61,496 bases of DNA, from assembly GCA_024626585.2 (NCBI GenBank), contig JANKJI020000002.1, positions 92,747,469-92,808,964 of the forward strand, read 5' to 3'. The DNA is from Ginkgo biloba. Taxonomy: Eukaryota; Plantae; Ginkgophyta. The notes under the pieces are model-generated. The model did not search any database. It was given only the letters and a program-made list of their open reading frames with translations, and was not told where the DNA came from. The position numbers and the translations under genes are program-made. Shown piece after piece: positions 53,450-61,496 of the stretch. How positions within the stretch are numbered: position 1 is the first letter of the stretch; each line of letters starts with the position of its first letter.

Positions 53450-56100
53450 ATTGGTCACCCTTCTCCTATTGTGCCAAAGGATCATGATACATTACTTCTC
53501 AAAGGTTGCATCCTCTTGGAAAATCACCCCATGTAGAATCACTATTATGAGGCACTCTTAAGCATGCTCTAGATTGATATGTTTGACTGACATCTTCAAC
53601 ATTTTTGACAAATGGTTGAAAAATTGGACTGGGATAGTACAATGTTCTAATCCAATCGGGACTTGCGGCTTTAATTTTATTTTACAAGGCATCCACTGTA
53701 TACCTGAGATTCGTATAAACCTCTAACCTCCATGGCTCTTAGGCAATTAGAAAAGCATCTTGTCCTAACTCATTAGTCCTCCTTTGTATAAAATCTACTA
53801 CTTGATTCCACAATTGATTCTTCTAAGAATGCCATTCCAACATAGAGTATCTTAGTTCTTCCACATAGACAACAACTCCCCCAAATTCCTTCAAATAATA
53901 GTTATGGATATCAACAAATGCTTATTAGAGATTTCCAAAGGTTCCTCCCATGCTCCAGGATTGTGGCATATCTCATATGAGGCCTCATATAGCAGTGTTT
54001 GGTATTGTTGCATTTGTTCTCCTCTCCATCACTTATTTTGAAGCATTGACATAAAAGTTATTAGGTGAACGCTCCCCATCACCATATTGACTAGGAAAGT
54101 TAGATTGTTAGGGACTAGCACTCTAGTCATGAATGCCTCTGTGATCAAATTCATCTCCACCAAATGTGCAATATTATATAAATTTACTAGGGCTTCATCA
54201 TCGTTTTGGAGGAACATATATTCCTACAACATGGTCTTTAGTTGGAATTTTAGAAGCTTTTCCCTAAAAAGCATGGAATACACAGAGTTGGGGGCTCTAT
54301 AGTCAACTAATTAATAACCTAATTCTACTGCTTTATTGAGTTGATCCTCTATTTTCCATAGTTTAACTATGAGGATCCTAATGTCACTCCTTGTATCTGA
54401 CAAATCAATCAAAATATGTGCTACAAGCTCTACCTTTGTGAGTAATTTAGCTTTTAATTATTTTATTCTTTCTTGGAATATAAGGGTCGATTCATCTACT
54501 TTTTCCTAGAATTTCTCTCTTTCACCAACCATCTCACTGATGGCCTCCTTTACTATGTCAAGTTTCCCCTTATAATCCTTCAACTTTCCTTCTAACTTGT
54601 TGTTGTAGTCCCTTTATACTTTCAAATGGCCCTATAGGAACTTGATGAGTCTTTGGTTTTCTCAGAGTCTAGGCTCCACCTGTTCTTTGGATGGGACCTC
54701 CAATGTTAGTTTCTTCTTGAAGGAATCAATGATGTCCAATGTATTTTTAGTCATTACTTCAAACTCCTTCTCTGTTTGGACTAGGTTATCTTCATTTTAT
54801 TTCACACTCTAATCCAAATGTTGCATCTTTGATTCAACTTGACTCAAGGGTTGAAGTACTTGGTTCTAGTCTATACTCCTCTATTTCTCTAGTCTCAGGT
54901 CTTCCTCCAAAGAAATAACTTTATCATTCAATAAATTAATTTTCTTATCCTTAGAGGTTAATTTTCCTTTGAAACCAATTCAATATTCCTTCAAGTTTAC
55001 TCTAAGGGTTTTTGTTTCCATTGCTTTGTCTTCCCTTTGACCTAAAAGATCCTCTTCTCTCTCAAAGTTTTTAGGAATTGAAAATGAGTCATGAATGTCA
55101 TGTGAAAAATTAGGAGATGGGCACTTACCTCCTTCATCTCTAGGCCACGGGCTTCTATTTGAGTCAAGAATTGTTGATATCAATCCATACTCCCTCAAGG
55201 TGTCTTCAGTCCAAAGTAGAGCAATCTCTATTCGCTTCTCCTTGAAGGTGGTTGAAAATTTGGCCCTACATCTCTCCATTTCCAATTCTTGAGCCTCCAC
55301 CTGCTCCATTAATTCCTTGCATTGGAGTTTGGATTTCTTGTATTTTTCCTTCAATTTATTTGTATGAACTTTAGAAGGAACTCATTGGAGAAGTTTTGCT
55401 AGCTTTATTTTATTATGTTGGACTCCTACCAACACCTTTGATTTTCTCATCTATTCCTTCTTCTTAGCTACTTCTGACCCCTTTGCCACATCTACTAGAG
55501 TCGATGCTGCTTCCCTTAGGGATTATTATACATACTCCTTTCTCTTTCTTCCATTTATAGCCTGATTGATTATTAGTTGTAATATTCCTAGATAGATGAC
55601 CTCATGTTTCTTTCCCTCGTGCCAAAAGATTATGTTTCTTTCAACCTTCTTTAATATAAAATTTGTAAAATCTGCAAGTTCCCTATACTTGATGGCCGCC
55701 AATATTCTCAATGTTGGAGCAAACAAATTCATCAAATGCCAATTATTCAATAAAATACCACTGATCATAGTTGCCACTCCTTTCCATGGTTCTGGAAGCT
55801 TGGTCCTTAGGAGGCCTTCTCATTTTATCCCCTATAATGGCTCTTTGCCAGCTACCCTGATGATCAAGTTCTTAAACTTAGAGAGACGCCCCTTTTTTTG
55901 CATCACCTACAAGCCATTGAAAGGCACTCTTAGTGCTTTGGCTACTAGTTCCTTGGTGACTGTGATCTTCTTGTTGTTTACTTGGGTCTAGCCATCCTTG
56001 GGTCATGGTTTCTACAATTCGTGCAAACATATTCAAGCCCAATTTTGCTACAAATAGTCTGTATGTCTAGTTCTTTGGAAAAGACAGTCACAACCATTGA
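53450..56100 (-). pseudogene. Additional (env-position) ORF of the retrotransposon, coiled-coil rich, degraded
   Basis: Same-strand fragments 55526-55777 and 54980-55354 (KEKYKKSKLQCKELMEQVEAQELEMER) between integrase and PPT. Confidence 0.6.
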
Positions 56101-56859
56101 AGTTTTATTCTTTCAATTTGAAATTCTCTTTGATTGTATGGCACTTTTGTTGATTTCTCTTTACGTTGTCATAGTGTTTGCAATCATTTATCCATTTTTT
56201 CTTGCCCTCCAATTCTTGCTGCTATCATTGCTTTCCCTACACTTACATGATCAAAGGACTTACTGCTACTTTCCATCTCAACAAAACTCTATACCTTCTA
56301 TCCTCTATGTATTCTAACCTTTGTACTTCGATCTCTGCAATGATGATCTCTCCCCCTGCTTAATCTTGAGCTCCTATGAGAAAGGAAACCGAAAGAACTT
56401 CCATTGGGAGTATGGATTCAAATCATATCAGTGATAGGTTGAAAGATTGGGTGTGACAATTAATAATAATGATCAAGATCTCCTATGATTAAGGCATGTA
56501 AAATCATAATGAGGGATAGGACATGCATGGGATCACCATATCGAGATATAATAAAAGGTCAATATAATGGCTTGAAAAAAGTACAACGTGTCCATCATGT
56601 AGTCAGGATGAGAAAAACATTGGGACATGCATGGATGGTGCAAGAGTTTAATTATGGTGGCTACCTTAAATAAACTCGTGTTATAGGTTGTCAATCACCG
56701 AGTGACTGGGATGTGGGTAGAAGATGTAAGGTATAGTATTATTTTTAGAATTTATTTGTTGAAAAAATGATAAAAATGGGAAAAAACAATCACACACCTG
56801 ATCCTACTACTACTTAAAAATTTGACTGTTGGCTAAGTTTGATCCAAGACCTACATCTT

Positions 56860-58165
56860 GGGCTGATTTTTTATCATTTGTATGAAGTTCTTTCGGTTGA
56901 CTAATATTTTATAAGGTCATAGTCTATACCCATTGGTAAGGAATTCAACATCATTTCCATTGATAGATTCTAGTAGCATTGTGCCATTTGAAAATACCTA
57001 TTTAATTTGATAGGGATCCATCCATCGTATCAAAAATTTGTTAGGAAAATTATTGTACTTGGAATCATACAGCAAATCCTAGTCTCTTGGTTTGAATTCT
57101 TTTTCCCAAAAATGTTTGTCGTGCCACTATTTACGCTGACTTTGAATAAGGTCCATCCGTAACACTAGTTCCTGGTTCTTGCTAGAGTTCGTCTAACTGA
57201 TGTAGTTGTTCCAATCACTTTTGTTGTTCTCTTCAAAATAGATACCTAGTTGTTGTTCCATTTTGAAGGTTTTGATCTCGATCTCAATGGGCATGACTAT
57301 GGAATTTCCATACACTAGTTGGAATGGTATGAATCATATAGATGTAATTTGATACACCCACACAGATTTTGAAAGTCGTTCTCCCATGTCACACTGATGC
57401 AATGTCACATATTTTTTTATGATATGTTCCAACTCCATGTTGGTGACTTCATCTTGTCCATTCACTTCAGGATAGTAAGAAATGGATTTTCGATGCCATA
57501 TATAATATTCCTTGGTGATCTCATCTATGATTTGATTTATGAATGGTGTCTCTCGGTCACTCACCAACTCATGGGGAACTGCATATCTTGTAAAAATCTC
57601 TTCATATAGGAATATTATGGTGTTTTTAGCTGTGGCTTCCATCCTGGTTCTAACTTCTACCCATTTCATACAATCATTTGTGCAGACCAAAATATATTGA
57701 TGACAATTTCTCGAAGGAGGATGGATTGGTCTAATAAAATTGAGTCCCCACTTGTCAAAACATTAAATGGTTATGATTGGTTATAGTGGCATGTCACTTG
57801 ACTTGGAGGGCATACCCATCCTCTGACAGACATTGCAAGATTTGGAAAAGGCAAAAGAATCTTTCAAGAAAGATAGCTAATAATATCCAGAATTTAGAAT
57901 TTTCATTGTAGTCCATTGACCTCCATAATGGCCTCCTCCTAGTTTTGAATGATAGGCCTTTAATATTTTTAGTGCTTCATCTTCCCTGATGCATTGTCTC
58001 AATATTGAATCTGACCCTATCCTATATAAAAATTCCTACTACCATGTATAAAAGATACTATTTTGAATCAAATTTTCCTTCTTCCCTTTGGTAAAATATT
58101 GTGGGAGTACACCAACTACTAGAAAATTTATAATATCTGTACACAGGGAATTTAGGTTGATGCAA
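56860..58165 (-). pseudogene. Integrase (non-chromoviral Ty3/gypsy)
   Basis: ORFs 57334-57690 and 58039-58227 plus flanking motifs; several stops. Confidence 0.88.
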
Positions 58166-59399
58166 GAAACATACACGACTAACCTACCCTGCATACTCCA
58201 GATCATGCATACAGAGATTTGTTCCAATGAGGAACTGTTGGATGCTCACAGACCAGTGCAAGAATGGCAGCTCAGCCAACAGAGATGGATTCTTGATGAA
58301 CAATGATCGATGGGTTTTCTGGATACCGATGGGTTGGGTTCTGGCGGTAGCTGGATCCTTTTGTAAATTCTCACGGGCTTCGGGTGAGAGGCGAATCGCC
58401 TCGGCTGGCAGGTGGACCGGTTCGCCTCCAAAGCCGTCGCTTTGGTTTTGATTTATTTTATTTGATTTTATTTGTTTGATTTAATTTTATGTCATTTTGT
58501 TTAATTTTTTATTTTATTTAATTTACTTGATTTAGCTTTAATCTAGGACTNNNNNNNNNNNNNNNNNNNNNNNNNNNNNNNNNNNNNNNNNNNNNNNNNN
58601 NNNNNNNNNNNNNNNNNNNNNNNNNNNNNNNNNNNNNNNNNNNNNNNNNNTATGAGTAAAGTTTATTGAAGTTTTTTAGTTGAGGAATTCCATGTTTGAT
58701 TTGAAGCATGACTGTATATGTCCATTTTAAGGTCATGGGCATTATTCTGTGTTGTTTTGGAACTATGGGATTCATCTTACAATTGTCTATCTAATTGAGA
58801 AGAAGTTGCATGCTTACTTGCAACTCTATTCAAGGTTTTGGGCAACTATGTATTGAGTGTGTTTTTGAAGAAGAATATTTTTTTTTATTCACTATAGTTT
58901 GGTTGCAGAAGTTTTTTGTGAGACACTGTGTGAATTTGAATATGTAATTTTGTATTGAGTTTTTTAAGGAAGAAAATGGCAGTTCTGTGAATAGAAGGGG
59001 ATGATGGAGAAGGCACATATCTGTGAATTGTGTAGAAAATAAGCTACATTCCTCCCTGGTCAGTCATTCCAATTGGATTTCAGTTGGTAACCAACCTCTC
59101 TATAGTTCCGACATATATAACATCTGGATACCTTTGTATCTTCGAAGGGTTTTAGCTTTACCTTGGGTGTATGCTTCCTATGTCAAGGGGTTTCATTTTG
59201 TTGGTTGACATTGTGTATTTTTTAGTGGAAGATACCCTGTGAAAGCTATCAGTCGTTAGTATTCCTCATTGGAAAGATCTATTATGGACTATGAAAAGAG
59301 CCTAGAGACAAGTTCCCAACCTCAGACTAGGGCTCAACCTATGAAGGTTTTATTTGTGGAGATAGGTGTAGGCTATGATCAACATGGACAAGATATAAC

Positions 59400-59756
59400 T
59401 ATAGAAACTATGCACACATGTAGGGATGCAATGAATTCACTTTTTATTCCTACATTTCAAACTAGTGTTATTATTTAAGTTACTTTTGATTAGATGAAGA
59501 TGAAGATAAAGGACCAATATTGCCATCCATAGAAGATCTTATACCAAATGTGCAGGCCAAGTTGGACGAAGATGCCATTTTGCAAAGGAAGGGCTAACTA
59601 TTCTAGGAAATAAGTTTAAGCCCATTATGTATGGTCCATTCAAGATTGTGAAATAGGTAGGAGTGAATGCATTCCAACTAGATTTTCCTTTTTCTATGGG
59701 TATTTATTCTACGGTTAATTCAAAAAATTCAAAGTTTTTTTATCCTTTTATGCTTG
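59400..59756 (+). mobile_element. Ty3/gypsy integrase C-terminal fragments
   Basis: KFKPIMYGPFKIVK*VGVNAFQLDFP (GPF/Y module); DEDEDKGPILPSIEDLIP...EDAILQRK. Confidence 0.7.
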
Positions 59757-60261
59757 NNNNNNNNNNNNNNNNNNNNNNNNNNNNNNNNNNNNNNNNNNNN
59801 NNNNNNNNNNNNNNNNNNNNNNNNNNNNNNNNNNNNNNNNNNNNNNNNNNNNNNNNNNNNNNNNNNNNNNNNNNNNNNNNNNNNNNNNNNNNNNNNNNNN
59901 NNNNNNNNNNNNNNNNNNNNNNNNNNNNNNNNNNNNNNNNNNNNNNNNNNNNNNNNNNNNNNNNNNNNNNNNNNNNNNNNNNNNNNNNNNNNNNNNNNNN
60001 NNNNNNNNNNNNNNNNNNNNNNNNNNNNNNNNNNNNNNNNNNNNNNNNNNNNNNNNNNNNNNNNNNNNNNNNNNNNNNNNNNNNNNNNNNNNNNNNNNNN
60101 NNNNNNNNNNNNNNNNNNNNNNNNNNNNNNNNNNNNNNNNNNNNNNNNNNNNNNNNNNNNNNNNNNNNNNNNNNNNNNNNNNNNNNNNNNNNNNNNNNNN
60201 NNNNNNNNNNNNNNNNNNNNNNNNNNNNNNNNNNNNNNNNNNNNNNNNNNNNNNNNNNNNN

Positions 60262-61496
60262 CTTTGTTCTCTATTCCTATTTTCTTTATCATTTAAAATT
60301 TCTACATGGTATTAGAGCCTGTATAGCTAAGTTCTAATTATGTTTGTAACCAATTTCTCAAGGTTTGGATCTGTTTGGGTTTTCTGTGTTAGCTAATTAA
60401 GATTTCATGCTTGAGGGTGGTTTTATGTTAAGGGTTTATATTTGAAGTCTATAAGGTGTAGATTTTTATGATTTCTTAGGATTAGAAGTCTAAATATTTT
60501 GTGCCCTAGATGGTTGCAGTTGTGTTTTTGAAGACCTGGTTTATCCTTAACTTGAAAGTCTATGAGCAATTTTTTGCTACCAAAGGAGGTTGTTGTATTC
60601 TTATAGATTTTATATTCAAAGGTTTTCTTTGTGAAGAATATAAATTTATGAATGCAATTACCTCTGCATTTTATTTTTAAACCCTATGGATGTTTATGGA
60701 GATATGTCTCCTAATTACAGATTCATGGATGACTTTACAGAGAAGATAATTTGAAAGAAACCCTAGTGCACTGAAGTGTTGTTGTGAAGAATGTCAGAGG
60801 ATGGTTCTAGAATGTTTTTAAGATCTTATAGTGATGATTTTTATTACATAAGGTTTGTGAATCTATACGACTCCATTAGTGGCCATTGTATTAATGGTTA
60901 TGGGCTTTTGTGAAATAGTACAGACTTTGATGACCATTTGAACCTTGTTGTGTGGTCATTTTGTGTTGATCTCCTTTTTGTAAATGGTTATCGGATAAAA
61001 ATTGAGTCGTAGGTGAGTTGTATTAATTTTAGAAGTTAAGTGACCTCATTTATAATATTCTGTGGAAGAATTCATGAAGAATGGATACCTCAAGAAGACA
61101 CATTGGTCGATGGCAGGATGAATCTATTAGTGAAGATATTATAAGAGACAACCATAGGTGATATACTTCTAGTTTCAACCATGGCACATCCAAACGACAA
61201 GGGTCAAGGGATTTGCATCAAAATGCATTTTTCAACGATTATCAATAGAAATATATTGATGGGATGGACAATGGTGGTTGCATGATGCATGTGCAATAGA
61301 CGTAATGAATTTTTTTTTTTAATTCTTAGTTTTCCTAATGTTAAAGTGAAATGTAATTGTTTTGAAACCTATTTGAAGTTTTCCATTTAGCACTTTTATG
61401 ATTTAAGAATCAGTCATATGTTGGAAGGTGTTAAAGGTATTGAAGTTTCTTAAGTCTTTAAAGTCATGGTCATATGGGATTTATTATAATCAATTG
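60262..61496 (+). mobile_element. LTR end, PBS and leader of another LTR retrotransposon, truncated by window end
   Basis: ...CTACA followed by TGGTATTAGAGC (tRNA-Met PBS) at 60307-60318. Confidence 0.7.

Larger units (their letters stand above)
52646..58165 (-). mobile_element. Athila/Tat-like Ty3/gypsy element 3' half: integrase, additional ORF, PPT, 3' LTR
   Basis: Integrase GGGHYGG (about 57930), KWVEV...FTRYAVPHELVSD...YYPEVNGQDE, WMDPYQIK..SNG; PPT GGGGGGGAA at 53400-53392; LTR 53391-52646 with TG...CA. Confidence 0.85.

Noticed and set aside
55596-56317. Plus-strand 131-aa and 111-aa ORFs
   Set aside because: Antisense shadows of the retrotransposon additional ORF.

Overview
AT-rich, gap-ridden (many 100-N gaps) plant nuclear DNA, most likely from a large-genome gymnosperm (inferred from the CpG-depleted, nested LTR landscape). 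Most of the window is old, stop- and frameshift-riddled Ty3/gypsy retrotransposon sequence (CRM-like, Reina-like and Athila/Tat-like), plus LINE remnants and solo or partial LTRs. The ORF track misses the one convincing host gene: three intact minus-strand exons (12833-12792, 12680-12550, 12475-12427) encoding the end of the K domain and the C-terminus of a MIKC-type MADS-box transcription factor, with a TSLHLG|L (LxLxL, EAR-like) motif. They lie in a CpG-retaining island, and I could not find the upstream MADS, I or K exons in the remaining 48 kb. A second non-obvious signal is a degraded endogenous pararetrovirus (Caulimoviridae)-like cluster at about 42-46.7 kb, with capsid, zinc-knuckle and movement-protein-like remnants next to (TA)n tracts. 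An Athila/Tat-like element also carries an extra coiled-coil ORF between integrase and the 3' LTR. I see no evidence for a wholly new multi-gene system. All family assignments were made by eye, without database searches.
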